A stretch of 64,000 nucleotides of DNA from an uncultured Pseudomonadales bacterium (lineage in GTDB: Bacteria; Patescibacteriota; Microgenomatia; UBA1400; PJMF01). Position numbers and translations under genes: made by a program. Numbering within the stretch: position 1 is the first letter of the stretch; each line of letters opens with the position of its first letter. The stretch is taken from assembly GCA_964406075.1 (NCBI GenBank), contig CAYOQI010000006.1, forward strand, positions 2,529 through 66,528, in the 5' to 3' direction. This document shows positions 27,317 through 37,060 of this stretch, one piece after another. Below the pieces are notes generated by a model. It made no database searches. It was not told the DNA's origin and worked only from the letters and a program-made list of their open reading frames with translations.

Positions 27317-28582
27317 ATGCGAGAACACGCCGTTCCACAAAATGTCACCAGCTATGAGTTCCACTTGATTGGGAACATGACACTGAAGCAGTTTTTAGAA
27401 CTGGCAGCTGGAATTGTTTTGGCTGTAATTGTGTATCGGACAAACCTTCCGAATTTGATCAAAATTCCCATTGCCGTAGTTTCTGCAAGTATCGGCGCCA
27501 TGATCGCCTTTGTGCCTTTCGAAGGACGACCTCTCGATAGATGGTTCATCGCATTCGTAAGAGCGATTTATAAACCCACCGAATTTTACTGGCGAAAAAC
27601 TGGGCACATCCCTGATTTTTTGACCTACACTCCATCACAAAAAAACACACTCGTCGATGAGGTTGATTTAACCCCATACAAACGTCAAAGAATTATGGAG
27701 TTCATTGGCACACTTCCAGCCAATTCCCAACTCCAAATGATTGATTTAGAGGAAACCCAACGCCTCAATGGTCTTACTTCTCTATTTGACGAAGTAGAAG
27801 TTACTCACGATGTGGTGACCGCAATTCCATTAGAACCAGAAAAACCATCAGTTACTCTTGAGCCTCACGTGCTTAAACCGATTGAACAAATTCAAGACAC
27901 CGACTTACCAAGAGCTGTTTCTATTCCTGAAGAACTAACACAAACAGAGCCCGTTCAATTTGACCCACAAACGATTCCTGTTTCACTATCGCCACTTCCC
28001 CAATCAGGAATTTTGAATAATGATCAATCATTCGCTCAGCAAGAAGTCGTCTTTGAAGCACAAATTCAGCCACAAGATACGTCACAACTAGCACAATCAA
28101 ATCAACAAACTTCCCAAGAAGTAATCATTCCAGGTCAAGATACTATTGCGGTTAACCCTCAACAAAAACCTGACGCAAATGTTTCCAATGTTTCGAATTC
28201 ATCTAATTCTGTTGACATTTTCTCGGCGGCAACTCCCATTCAACAAGTCCAACCGACTCAACAAGCTACTACTTCAAATACTCTACCTTTCCCTAAAAAA
28301 CCAACTATTCCCAACCTCATTGTTGGAATGGTATTTGATCCAGAAGGAAAAATTGTAGATAATGCCATTGTGGAGATTACAGATATGGAAGGAGTCCCGG
28401 TTCGAGCAGTGAAGTCGAATTCTATCGGACAATTCTTTATCACCACCCCATTGAAAGATGGTGGATACATTGTGAACACCGAAAAAGTTGGCTTTCATTT
28501 TCCAAATCTGTCTTTGGAATTAAAAAATGATTTAGTTGATCCTTTATCAATATCAGCAGATTCTATTGAGAACTTATCATGA
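27317..28582 (+). CDS. PrgI-family (VirB3-like) T4SS membrane protein with a long Gln/Pro-rich linker and a C-terminal carboxypeptidase-regulatory-like beta-sandwich
   Basis: N-terminus 'VPQNVTSYEFHLIGNMTLKQFLELAAGIVLAVIVY', then a second TM (PrgI-like pattern). C-terminus 'IVGMVFDPEGKIVDNAIVEITDMEGVPVRAVKSNSIGQFFITTPLKDGGYIV' (CarboxypepD_reg-like). Confidence 0.55.
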   Translation: MREHAVPQNVTSYEFHLIGNMTLKQFLELAAGIVLAVIVYRTNLPNLIKIPIAVVSASIGAMIAFVPFEGRPLDRWFIAFVRAIYKPTEFYWRKTGHIPDFLTYTPSQKNTLVDEVDLTPYKRQRIMEFIGTLPANSQLQMIDLEETQRLNGLTSLFDEVEVTHDVVTAIPLEPEKPSVTLEPHVLKPIEQIQDTDLPRAVSIPEELTQTEPVQFDPQTIPVSLSPLPQSGILNNDQSFAQQEVVFEAQIQPQDTSQLAQSNQQTSQEVIIPGQDTIAVNPQQKPDANVSNVSNSSNSVDIFSAATPIQQVQPTQQATTSNTLPFPKKPTIPNLIVGMVFDPEGKIVDNAIVEITDMEGVPVRAVKSNSIGQFFITTPLKDGGYIVNTEKVGFHFPNLSLELKNDLVDPLSISADSIENLS

Positions 28583-29484
28583 AAAACGGCACCGCCATCA
28601 CTTCCACTAGTCAGCTCTTTCTCAATTTGTTTGACATTACGAATGACTTGATCATCCTTGATGACGGTGCGGCCACAATGGTGCTCATGGTTTCAGCCAT
28701 GAACTTCGGACTGCTTTCAGAAGACGAACAAGATGCCACGATTTACGCCTACGCTGCGTTACTCAATTCTTTAAGTTTTCCAACTGAAATTGTTATTCGT
28801 TCTCAACCAAAAGACGTCTCTATTTACTTGCGTTACATTGCACAAAAAGAAAAAGAAACTGCGAATCCGTTATACAAACGTCGTATTAAAGACTACCGAG
28901 AGTTTGTCGAGTCACTCGTTCATGAACAAAATGTGCTTGATAAAAAATTCTACTTCGTGATTCCGTTAAGTGCGGTCGAAATGGGTTTAACTCCAACTAG
29001 TGTCATGCCTGGAGCCAAAGCAAAACCGATTACGAGTTATGATAAAAACTACATCATTGAAAAAGCTCGAACCAATCTCGAACCTCGTCGTGATCATTTG
29101 ACTGACCAGCTGGCTAGAATTGGTTTATATTCACGCCAATTAACCACTCAAGAGCTGATTCAAATGCTTTACTCGTCATACAATCCAGAATCATTTGAAG
29201 GGCAAAAAGTGACCGATACTCAAAATTACACGACTCCTTTAGTTGAGGCCAAACTTCAAGCTCCGCCCGCGCCGGTTCCAACGGAACAACAAGTACCAAG
29301 TCCAACTGTTGAGGCTTCAGCCTCTCAACCGACCTTTGCTCCTCAAAACGCACAGCCCGTTGCCCAACAATATCCAACCGAACAACTTCAAATTAACCAA
29401 GAAGTTGACCAAGCAAACGTGTTAGCCCAACAAGTCGGTGTTGATCAGTCGTATCTAGCTCAACCTGAAGGAACACAAACATAA
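28579..29484 (+). CDS. VirB4 N-terminal-domain-like protein without an ATPase domain
   Basis: 'LFDITNDLIILDDGAATMVLMVSAMNFGLLSEDEQDATIYAYAALLNSLSFPTEIVIRSQP' follows the pattern of the N-domain of Gram-positive VirB4/PrgJ/Orf16-type ATPases. No Walker motifs. 4-nt overlap with the PrgI-like gene. Confidence 0.5.
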   Translation: MKNGTAITSTSQLFLNLFDITNDLIILDDGAATMVLMVSAMNFGLLSEDEQDATIYAYAALLNSLSFPTEIVIRSQPKDVSIYLRYIAQKEKETANPLYKRRIKDYREFVESLVHEQNVLDKKFYFVIPLSAVEMGLTPTSVMPGAKAKPITSYDKNYIIEKARTNLEPRRDHLTDQLARIGLYSRQLTTQELIQMLYSSYNPESFEGQKVTDTQNYTTPLVEAKLQAPPAPVPTEQQVPSPTVEASASQPTFAPQNAQPVAQQYPTEQLQINQEVDQANVLAQQVGVDQSYLAQPEGTQT

Positions 29485-29494
29485 GGAGTATTCC

Positions 29495-31378
29495 ATGAGT
29501 CCATCGATTTCACTTCCATTCCCTTTCGGAAAAAAGAAAGTGAAAGAGGAAGATCCAGCTCAAAAAAAGATTGAAGAAAATCAACTCGTTTTAAAGCAGT
29601 TTGCTCGCGGGTTAGTCAGTATTCAAGACATTATTGCTCCAGAAGCGATTGAGGTTGATTTTACCTATCAAAAAATCAATTCTACTTACACTCGAACATT
29701 TTTTATCGCTGGATATCCTCGTACCGTTCCTGCCAACTGGCTTTCACCACTGATCAACTTCCCACATCGGGCAGATATTGCCATGTACATTTTTCCGGTC
29801 GAAGTGCAGAAAATCATGGATGATTTACGCCGAAAAATCACAGAAATGGAAGCCGAAATTCAGTCAGACATCCGTGCTGGAAAAATCAGCAACATTAATA
29901 CTGAAGTGAAACTTGAAGATGCTCGCTCACTGCAAGAACAATTGGCCAAAGGTGCGGAGCGGTTTTTCCAATTTGGTTTGTATATTACGATTTTTGAAAG
30001 TTCTAAAGATCGCCTCGAAGCTATTACCAAACAACTTCAATCACTCCTCGGAAGTTTGCTTATTGTTTCAAAAAAAGCCTCATTACAAATGGAGGATGGA
30101 TTTAAGACAACCCTTCCCATGGGTGTCGATCGATTGTTAATTACTCGTAATATGGATACGACTTCCTTGGCAACGACATTTCCATTTACTTCGTCTGAAT
30201 TAACGATGGATACCGGCATTGTGTATGGCTTGAATGAACACAATGGTTCGTTAGTCATCTTTGATCGTTTCAGTTTAGAAAACGCCAACATGGTAGTATT
30301 CGCGAAGTCTGGAGCTGGAAAATCCTACACTATTAAGCTGGAAGCCTTACGTCAGCTCGTTTTCGGAACTGATATTTTAATTCTCGACCCCGAACACGAG
30401 TATGAAGATATGTGTACAGCTGTCGGTGGTGAGTACATTAACTTCACTTTTGGATCAGATACAAAAATCAATCCGTTTGATTTATCTGCTGTCTACGAAG
30501 AAGGTGAGAATGAGTTGGGTCAAAAAATCATTTCATTACATTCATTATTAAAAGTCATGCTTGGTCAGATGACAGCTACGGAAGAAGCTACTTTGGATCG
30601 AGCGCTCGTCGCAGCCTACAAGGCCAAAGGTATTACACCTGATCCCGCAACCCAAGCCAATGAACCACCTTTAATGGAAGATCTTTATAAAGCATTGATT
30701 GGTATGGAAAATGATGAAGCCGCTGGTCTGGCTGCTCGGTTAGAAAAATACATCACGGGATCTTTCCGCGGAATTTTTGATCAAAAATCTAATCTCGATA
30801 TCAACAACTCTTTCACCGTTTTTTCTGTCAAAGAATTACATGACGAACTTCGTCCGATTGCCATGTTCATTATCTTAGATTTTATGTGGACTCGAATTAA
30901 GAAAAAGTTAAAAAAACGTATCTTGATTGTCGACGAGGCTTGGTACTTCATGAAGTACGCGGATTCAGCTTCATTCTTACACTCGATGTCAAAACGCGCT
31001 CGAAAATACTACCTCGGGATTACCACTATTACTCAAGACGTAGAAGACTTTTTAACCAATGATTATGGAAAAGCGATTGTGACGAACTCTTCGATTCAAT
31101 TCTTGATGAAACAATCAAGCGCATCGGTTCCTGTTTTAACAGAAACATTCTATCTTTCTCAAGGAGAACAACGATTACTCTTGGCATCCGATGTGGGAGA
31201 AGGTATTTTCTTCGCAGGAACCAATCATGTGGCTTTACGAGTAATCGCTTCACCAGAAGAGCATGAATTGATTACCACTGATCCTGAAGAACTCTTGGCT
31301 CGTCAAAAAATGGCTCAGCAACAAGCTGCTCAAGCTAAAGTCTTGAACGACCGACAAACCACGAACTTAATGAGTTAA
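29495..31378 (+). CDS. virB4: VirB4/PrgJ-type T4SS ATPase
   Basis: Walker A 'VVFAKSGAGKSYT' (GAGKS encoded at 30311-30325) and Walker B 'RILIVDEAWYF'. Also 'ITTITQDVEDF' and an N-domain 'IAPEAIEVDFTYQKINSTYTRTFFIAGYPRTV'. Confidence 0.85.
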   Translation: MSPSISLPFPFGKKKVKEEDPAQKKIEENQLVLKQFARGLVSIQDIIAPEAIEVDFTYQKINSTYTRTFFIAGYPRTVPANWLSPLINFPHRADIAMYIFPVEVQKIMDDLRRKITEMEAEIQSDIRAGKISNINTEVKLEDARSLQEQLAKGAERFFQFGLYITIFESSKDRLEAITKQLQSLLGSLLIVSKKASLQMEDGFKTTLPMGVDRLLITRNMDTTSLATTFPFTSSELTMDTGIVYGLNEHNGSLVIFDRFSLENANMVVFAKSGAGKSYTIKLEALRQLVFGTDILILDPEHEYEDMCTAVGGEYINFTFGSDTKINPFDLSAVYEEGENELGQKIISLHSLLKVMLGQMTATEEATLDRALVAAYKAKGITPDPATQANEPPLMEDLYKALIGMENDEAAGLAARLEKYITGSFRGIFDQKSNLDINNSFTVFSVKELHDELRPIAMFIILDFMWTRIKKKLKKRILIVDEAWYFMKYADSASFLHSMSKRARKYYLGITTITQDVEDFLTNDYGKAIVTNSSIQFLMKQSSASVPVLTETFYLSQGEQRLLLASDVGEGIFFAGTNHVALRVIASPEEHELITTDPEELLARQKMAQQQAAQAKVLNDRQTTNLMS

Positions 31379-31399
31379 ATAAGAATTAAGAAAAAAGCT

Positions 31400-31759
31400 G
31401 TGGATATACATTTTCATAAAGAGCCTAAAAAAGAATATATTCCACCAGTTTTGGAAGTTGTTGGCCAAGCTGTCAAACCTAATCTTAAATCACTTCATTT
31501 GGAGTTCTTCGACAAAACTTTACACAAACGATTTACCATAGAGGAATTAAGAAAATTGGCTAAAGAGCATACTTTAATCATTAGTGAGACAAAAAGAGAC
31601 GAGAACGACGAAATAAACCTGACTTCCTATAGTATTAATAAAATGTTTGACGATAATGGTAAAGAAATTCCTATGGCCGAATACTCTGATGATGTCAACT
31701 CTCCACATCGTGTCGGCGGTATAACAGTAGAAGATAATAGGAAAAGAAATACTCTTTAA
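31400..31759 (+). CDS. Small hydrophilic hypothetical protein (GTG start)
   Basis: ORF only. It follows virB4 by 21 nt; no motif recognised. Confidence 0.35.
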   Translation: MDIHFHKEPKKEYIPPVLEVVGQAVKPNLKSLHLEFFDKTLHKRFTIEELRKLAKEHTLIISETKRDENDEINLTSYSINKMFDDNGKEIPMAEYSDDVNSPHRVGGITVEDNRKRNTL

Positions 31760-31813
31760 GAATTTTGTGTCTTCCATCTAACTTTCCTTTCGTCTTTTCT
31801 TCACGTTGTTAAA

Positions 31814-31844
31814 TGTGGAAAACTTAGTGTATAGTTGTGGAAAG
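31814..31844 (+). promoter_or_regulatory. dnaA promoter region: TGTATAGT extended -10 flanked by two DnaA-box-like 9-mers
   Basis: TGTGGAAAA (31814-31822), TGTATAGT (31828-31835), TGTGGAAAG (31836-31844). This lies about 50 nt upstream of the dnaA ATG. Confidence 0.5.
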
Positions 31845-31895
31845 CTTCCCTCCCCCTGCCTGGAAAGTTTGTTTTAAAATTCTCAATAAAAATTT

Positions 31896-33404
31896 ATGGT
31901 GGAATCTCCAGCAACTCTGTGGGCTCAGGTAACAGCTCATCTATCTCAGAATCTTTCTCAGGGTGTTTTTAGAACTTGGGTAGCTCCAAGCCAGCTTCAA
32001 GAAGTTAATTTCCAAGACGACCACTTAGTCTGCGTCATTGAAGCACCGACCAACTTCCACATCACTTTTTTAGAAAAAAACCTCAAAACGAGTTTAGAAA
32101 AAACCCTCACAGAATTCACCCAGGTTCCAGTTCAAGTGATCTTCAAAGTTGGGCAACTCATGCCTCAGCCAGGTAAAACTGGATCTGGTAAACAAAAACC
32201 AATTTCTTCTTCTCCACCACTTTCAGAAATTCAAAATGTAAAAGATGTTCCCAACGATCAATTCTCCCCTACGGTTGAGTCACTTTTTTCGCAACACTCG
32301 GTAGCACAAGCCGAAGTGGATTACACCGAACATAAAATTCGCAACGCCGGATTAAACAAACAATACACGTTTGAAAACTTTGCGGTCTCCTCAACTAACG
32401 AAATGGCTCATGCCGCAGCAGTGGCAGTCTCTCAAAATCCAGGCAAGGCGTATAACGTATTGTATTTATATGGTGGAGTTGGAGTCGGAAAAACGCACTT
32501 AATGCAAGCAGTTGGTCAAAACATTATAAAAGAAAATGCTGATGTCACACTCCTCTACCGCACTGGTGAAGAATTTATGAATGAAATCGTCGAAGCCATT
32601 CAGACCAAGAAAACCATCCAGATGAAGCAACGGTATCGGTCAGTTCAAGTGCTATTGATTGATGACATTCAGTTCATGGCAGGAAAAAGGAGTATGCAGG
32701 AAGAATTCTTTCACACCTTCAATGCTGTTATTAAAACGAGAGGCCAGGTTATTCTCACTTCAGATAGAGCTCCGCATGAAATCCACCCACTGGATGACCG
32801 TATTCAGTCTCGTTTGGAAGGCGGACTGATTATAGATATCCAACAACCTTCATTCGAATTACGTACGGCTATTGTGTTGATTAAAGCCAAACACTATCAA
32901 ATTCAAATTCCGATGGATGTCGCTCAAACGATTGCTTCAAAGGTAACGAGCACCCGCCGATTAGAAGGAGTTGTCAAGGGCGTACATTCTGAAGTCGTTT
33001 TTCGAAAAAAAGCCATCACCAATGAATTGGTCGAACACATCTTAAAACAACAACAAATTCAAGATCCGGAAAGTTTAAAAATATACGCCAAACCTCTAGA
33101 TATCATCAAAACTATTTCCAATCATTACCATATAAAACTGATGGATGTCAGAGGTCCTCGTCGAGAAAAATCAATCACTCTCGCCCGCCACGTTGCGATG
33201 TATTTACTCAAACATGAACTCAATCTTCCACTCCTCGAGATCGGAAGATATTTTGGAAATAGAGATCACACCAGCGTCCTTCATGCCGTAAAGAAAATCG
33301 AGTTTATGCTCGATTCTGATGACCAGCTTGGAACCCAAGTTCAAGCCATCAAAACTTCTCTTTCCGGCGGAGTCAGTCAAGCTCAATATTCTCAAGAAGC
33401 ATAG
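31896..33404 (+). CDS. dnaA: Chromosomal replication initiator DnaA
   Basis: 'LYLYGGVGVGKTHLMQAVG' (Walker A), 'LLIDDIQFMAGK', and the C-terminal DNA-binding 'NRDHTSVLHAVKKIE'. Confidence 0.95.
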   Translation: MVESPATLWAQVTAHLSQNLSQGVFRTWVAPSQLQEVNFQDDHLVCVIEAPTNFHITFLEKNLKTSLEKTLTEFTQVPVQVIFKVGQLMPQPGKTGSGKQKPISSSPPLSEIQNVKDVPNDQFSPTVESLFSQHSVAQAEVDYTEHKIRNAGLNKQYTFENFAVSSTNEMAHAAAVAVSQNPGKAYNVLYLYGGVGVGKTHLMQAVGQNIIKENADVTLLYRTGEEFMNEIVEAIQTKKTIQMKQRYRSVQVLLIDDIQFMAGKRSMQEEFFHTFNAVIKTRGQVILTSDRAPHEIHPLDDRIQSRLEGGLIIDIQQPSFELRTAIVLIKAKHYQIQIPMDVAQTIASKVTSTRRLEGVVKGVHSEVVFRKKAITNELVEHILKQQQIQDPESLKIYAKPLDIIKTISNHYHIKLMDVRGPRREKSITLARHVAMYLLKHELNLPLLEIGRYFGNRDHTSVLHAVKKIEFMLDSDDQLGTQVQAIKTSLSGGVSQAQYSQEA

Positions 33405-33683
33405 TTTTCCACAACTGTGGAAAAGTACGTGTACAACCCTGTGGATTTACTGTGGGGTTTTATTAGCTTGAGGTGTGGATATGTGTGTAACGTTTTTCTT
33501 ACCTTCGCTACTTATCCTCTTTATCCACATTTGTCCACATTTTTATCCACACCTTTACCCACCTATTTCAACACGAATAAAAAGCGAACTACTCAATGAC
33601 TTTGCGCTATTTATTCCTTTTATCCGCAGTTCTACTATCTATTACTACTAATTTATATATATATTTTCTATACTCCAGCCACT
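33405..33683. other. oriC: DnaA-box cluster plus AT-rich unwinding region between dnaA and dnaN
   Basis: Boxes: TTTTCCACA (33405-13) and TGTGGAAAA (33416-24) forming a perfect palindrome; TGTGGATTT (33440-48); TGTGGGGTT (33451-59); TGTGGATAT (33474-82); TTATCCACA (33521-29); TTGTCCACA (33531-39); TTATCCACA (33543-51); TTTACCCAC (33554-62); TTATCCGCA (33620-28). Then an AT-rich run 'attactactaatttatatatatattttctatact' at about 33641-33675. Confidence 0.85.
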
Positions 33684-34790
33684 ATGGAGTTCACAACACG
33701 ACGCGAAAACTTTTTAACGGCTTTGCAAACTGCAACGAGATTTATATCATCGAAGCCTCAGTTACCTATTTTAAATTCTTTTCTTTTAGAAATAACGAAA
33801 GAGAACATTGCCACGTTATCAGCAACTGATCTTCAATTGGGAATTAAAATAACATTTGCAGTCACCACCGCTCAACCAGGGGAAATTGTTATTCCCGCCA
33901 AGCTCTTAACAGAAGTTATTGCTGCTAGCTCTGCTGGAGAAATTATTTGTTCTTTAGCTGGATCAAGATTTTCGGTAAAAACCAATACCACCAAAGCTCA
34001 CTTCCAAACGACTCCCGCCGAGGAATATCCAGTTTTTCCTAAGCAAGAAGGTGAAGTCGTTCAACTTCCCAAGTTATTTTTTAGTGAAATTGATAAACAA
34101 ATCGTTTTTGCCACAAGTAAAGACGAAACTCGTCCAGTCTTGACTGGAGTGTATTTGCAAATTAATGAAGTACTCGAAGCGGCAGCGACCGATGGCTATC
34201 GTTTGGCTCTCTTTCGACAACCGTTCGTAACGAGTAAAAACTCCACGATTCTCTTTCCTGCTCGAGCAATTCAGGAAATTTCCCGGTTGCTAGAAAAAGT
34301 TACGTCCGCAAATGTTGATTTTTATTTTTCTTCAGATCTCAAACAAGCTTTTTTCCGTTTTGACAATTCGGAAATGGTCGTCCGCACACTCGACGGAAAC
34401 TTTCCGACGTACAACAAAATTATCCCCAGAGATTTTCAAACAACCGTGCTGATGGATAAACAAGAGTTGGAGCACCAGGTGAAGACAGCTCTCTTATTTA
34501 GTCGAGATATCTCAAGTGTTTTGAAAATGACGTTAGAAAATACGTCCTGCACCATCACGGCTGGAGCTGGCACCACCGGTGAGTACGAAGCTCAAGTGGA
34601 GATAAGTGAAAAAGTTCCAGAAAAGAAACAAATCGCATTTAATGGCAAGTTTGTGCTGGATATTTTGCAGAGAATTCGGACGAAAGAAATCTCCTTCCAG
34701 ATGAATGATGAGATGAAACCTGGTGTTTTTTCTGAAGTTGGCAACGATCAATTGCTGTATGTGGTGATGCCGTTCCGGTTGAATTCATGA
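33684..34790 (+). CDS. dnaN: DNA polymerase III beta sliding clamp DnaN
   Basis: Position after dnaA/oriC, ~368 aa. 'TRFISSKPQLPILNSFLLE', 'TDLQLGIK', 'ETRPVLTGVYL', 'ATDGYRLA' and C-terminal 'YVVMPFRL'. Confidence 0.9.
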   Translation: MEFTTRRENFLTALQTATRFISSKPQLPILNSFLLEITKENIATLSATDLQLGIKITFAVTTAQPGEIVIPAKLLTEVIAASSAGEIICSLAGSRFSVKTNTTKAHFQTTPAEEYPVFPKQEGEVVQLPKLFFSEIDKQIVFATSKDETRPVLTGVYLQINEVLEAAATDGYRLALFRQPFVTSKNSTILFPARAIQEISRLLEKVTSANVDFYFSSDLKQAFFRFDNSEMVVRTLDGNFPTYNKIIPRDFQTTVLMDKQELEHQVKTALLFSRDISSVLKMTLENTSCTITAGAGTTGEYEAQVEISEKVPEKKQIAFNGKFVLDILQRIRTKEISFQMNDEMKPGVFSEVGNDQLLYVVMPFRLNS

Positions 34791-34960
34791 AAGCAAGATA
34801 AATGAGACTTGAAGCGAGATATTGTTTATTTCGATTCATCTTGATAGAATATCGTTCTGACAATTTCCACTTTTGGGAATTTGAGAGTTTTTACTTACCT
34901 GTTGGAACGTGATCTCGATTTATACTAGACACAACTTCCTGACATTTTGATTGAATACTT

Positions 34961-35104
34961 ATGGCAAAAACAAAACGAACATGGCAACCAAAGAAAACTA
35001 AACGTGCTCGAGTTCACGGCTTTTTAAAACGCATGACTACCCGGGCTGGTAAATTGGTTCTCAAACGACGACGTACAAAAGGTCGATGGAGATTGACAGT
35101 TTAA
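34961..35104 (+). CDS. rpmH: 50S ribosomal protein L34
   Basis: Not in the ORF track (47 aa). Hand translation: [47 protein letters not shown]. Lies upstream of rnpA as expected. Confidence 0.95.
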   Translation: MAKTKRTWQPKKTKRARVHGFLKRMTTRAGKLVLKRRRTKGRWRLTV

Positions 35105-35228
35105 TCCCACTTCGTTAAAAACTTCGCGGGACAAGATCTGAATTTATTCATTTCTGAATATTCAAATATTTTCAAATTAATAACACTGATTGCAGAACGC
35201 TGAGATATTCTGCCAGAATACCTGAGCA

Positions 35229-35561
35229 ATGTCTTTTTCTTCAACAAAACTGCCACTACGCAGTCTCACTTCTTTTTTTAAAGATTCGAAACGTTTCAAA
35301 ACGCAGTATCTGATGGTGTTTTTCATCCCCGCTGAAACGCCGTTTCGTTTTGCGGTTACTGTTCCCAAGAAAAATGTTTTATTAGCCAGTAAAAGAAATC
35401 GTTTAAAGCGTCGTGTGACTGAAACAATCTACAAACACGTTCAGCAAAACTCGGTTTTCGGAGATTACTTACTTGTAGTTTCTGCAAGAATCGCGCATCT
35501 CTCCCCTACTCAGCTTCAACAAGAAATTGAATATGTTTTTAAAAACACCCAGATTAAATAA
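35229..35561 (+). CDS. rnpA: RNase P protein component
   Basis: 'FAVTVPKKNVLLASKRNRLKRRVTE' (RNR motif region) and the conserved rpmH-rnpA-yidD-yidC order. Confidence 0.85.
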   Translation: MSFSSTKLPLRSLTSFFKDSKRFKTQYLMVFFIPAETPFRFAVTVPKKNVLLASKRNRLKRRVTETIYKHVQQNSVFGDYLLVVSARIAHLSPTQLQQEIEYVFKNTQIK

Positions 35562-35563
35562 AA

Positions 35564-35773
35564 ATGTTTTCCGAGTTGGTCATTTCCCTAATTAAGCTCT
35601 ATCAGTTTTTAAATCCATTTCTGAATCGAGTGGTACTGAGTGTTTTTGGTTTTACCTTTACATGTCACCAGTCTCCCACGTGCAGTGAATACACAATCCT
35701 GGCAATCCGTCAGCATGGTACAATGCGAGGATTCTATAAAGGTCTTCAGAGAGTTTGGTACTGTCGAGGCTAA
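35564..35773 (+). CDS. yidD: Membrane protein insertion efficiency factor YidD
   Basis: 'CHQSPTCSEYTILAIRQHG' (C-x-x-x-P-[ST]-C-S-x-Y signature). Confidence 0.85.
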   Translation: MFSELVISLIKLYQFLNPFLNRVVLSVFGFTFTCHQSPTCSEYTILAIRQHGTMRGFYKGLQRVWYCRG

Positions 35774-35787
35774 TAGTTTTATCTTTT

Positions 35788-36558
35788 ATGAATCCCTTCA
35801 TTTTCGTTGAAAATCTCACTAGTCAACTTCTTTTCTGGTTATATCAAGTCACAGGAAATCTCGGTTTGGGAATTTTGTTGTTGACTTTGATTATGCGATT
35901 TGCGCTTTTTCCGTTGTCGACAAAATCTCTTCGATCACAGAAAGCTATTCAAAAACTCCAACCTGAAATTAATGCGTTAAAGAAAAAACATGGCAAAGAT
36001 AAAGTAAAACTTCAACAAGCTCAAATGGAGCTGTATAAAAAATACAACATCAACCCATTAGCTGGATGTCTGCCATATTTAGTTCAAATTGGTTTCTTAA
36101 TTCTCTTATACCGAGTGTTAGTGAGTTTCTTAGGGCAAACTGAGATACAAGGTGTGAGTATTTCCCCGCTGTTCTTGTGGTTAGATTTACGTCAGCCAGA
36201 TCCATACTTTATTTTCCCGATTTTAGCTGGTGTTACTCAATTCATTTTGTCTCTTATGATTGCTCCCGGAGCTGAACAGCCAGATTTGGTTAAGAACAAC
36301 AGCAAAGATAAAAAAGTTCAAAAAGAGAATGAAAAAGAAGAAGATTTTGCTGAAATGGCCATGTCCATGCAAAAACAAATGTTATTTTTCATGCCGATCA
36401 TGACCGTGTTTATCGCTTGGAGATTTCAATCAGGATTAGCGTTGTACTGGGTAGCAACCACTGTTTTTAGTATCGCTCAACAATATTATATATCTGGTTG
36501 GGGTGGGATATTTTCTTACTACCAACTCGCTAAAAGCAAACTTTTTTTCCGTAATTAA
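35788..36558 (+). CDS. yidC: YidC/Oxa1-family membrane insertase
   Basis: 'GLGILLLTLIMRFALFPLSTKSLRSQKAIQKLQPEINALKKKHGKDK...YKKYNINPLAGCLP'. The ATG at 35788, after the yidD stop, is preferred to 35755. Confidence 0.9.
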   Translation: MNPFIFVENLTSQLLFWLYQVTGNLGLGILLLTLIMRFALFPLSTKSLRSQKAIQKLQPEINALKKKHGKDKVKLQQAQMELYKKYNINPLAGCLPYLVQIGFLILLYRVLVSFLGQTEIQGVSISPLFLWLDLRQPDPYFIFPILAGVTQFILSLMIAPGAEQPDLVKNNSKDKKVQKENEKEEDFAEMAMSMQKQMLFFMPIMTVFIAWRFQSGLALYWVATTVFSIAQQYYISGWGGIFSYYQLAKSKLFFRN

Positions 36559-36576
36559 CTTTTAGAAAGGACTTAT

Positions 36577-37053
36577 ATGTCAGCTACAACTGTGACTGCC
36601 GTGAATGAATATGTTACTGAACTCATGAAGTATGTCAGTATCGAAAATGTGGATGTAAAGAGTGAGGAACTCGATGATCGTATCCACGTTCATATTTTAG
36701 TTGATGAGAATGAAAGTGGTATTTTAATTGGTCATCATGGCGATACGATTGCCAGTCTACAGAGAATCGTAAATGTTAGTTTTATTCATGATTTAGATGG
36801 AAAAAGAGTGGTGTTGAATATCAATGATTACAAAGAAAAAAGAGAGACCATTGTTTTGGCTATGGCTCAACGCTACGTAGAACGTTTGAAAGAAACCGGT
36901 GAACCACAAGTACTCCCCTATCTTCCAGCCAATGAGCGTTTGATTGTTCACGTTGCCTATAAAAATGATCCAGAAGTTGAAACTCGATCCGAAGGTGAAG
37001 GTCGACAACGAAAATTGATCTTATTACTTCGTTCCGAATCTCAAGAAAATTAA
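36577..37053 (+). CDS. jag: Jag/KhpB-like RNA-binding protein (KH plus R3H domains)
   Basis: KH 'GILIGHHGDTIASLQ', R3H-like 'LPANERLIVHVAY', and position after yidC. Confidence 0.75.
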   Translation: MSATTVTAVNEYVTELMKYVSIENVDVKSEELDDRIHVHILVDENESGILIGHHGDTIASLQRIVNVSFIHDLDGKRVVLNINDYKEKRETIVLAMAQRYVERLKETGEPQVLPYLPANERLIVHVAYKNDPEVETRSEGEGRQRKLILLLRSESQEN

Positions 37054-37060
37054 CACGCCT

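Noticed and set aside
33417-33829. ORFs 33417-33599 and 33596-33829 in the dnaA-dnaN spacer
   Set aside because: They run through the DnaA-box cluster and the AT-rich unwinding region and into dnaN. The translated repeats of 'HP..ST..' simply reflect the DnaA boxes.
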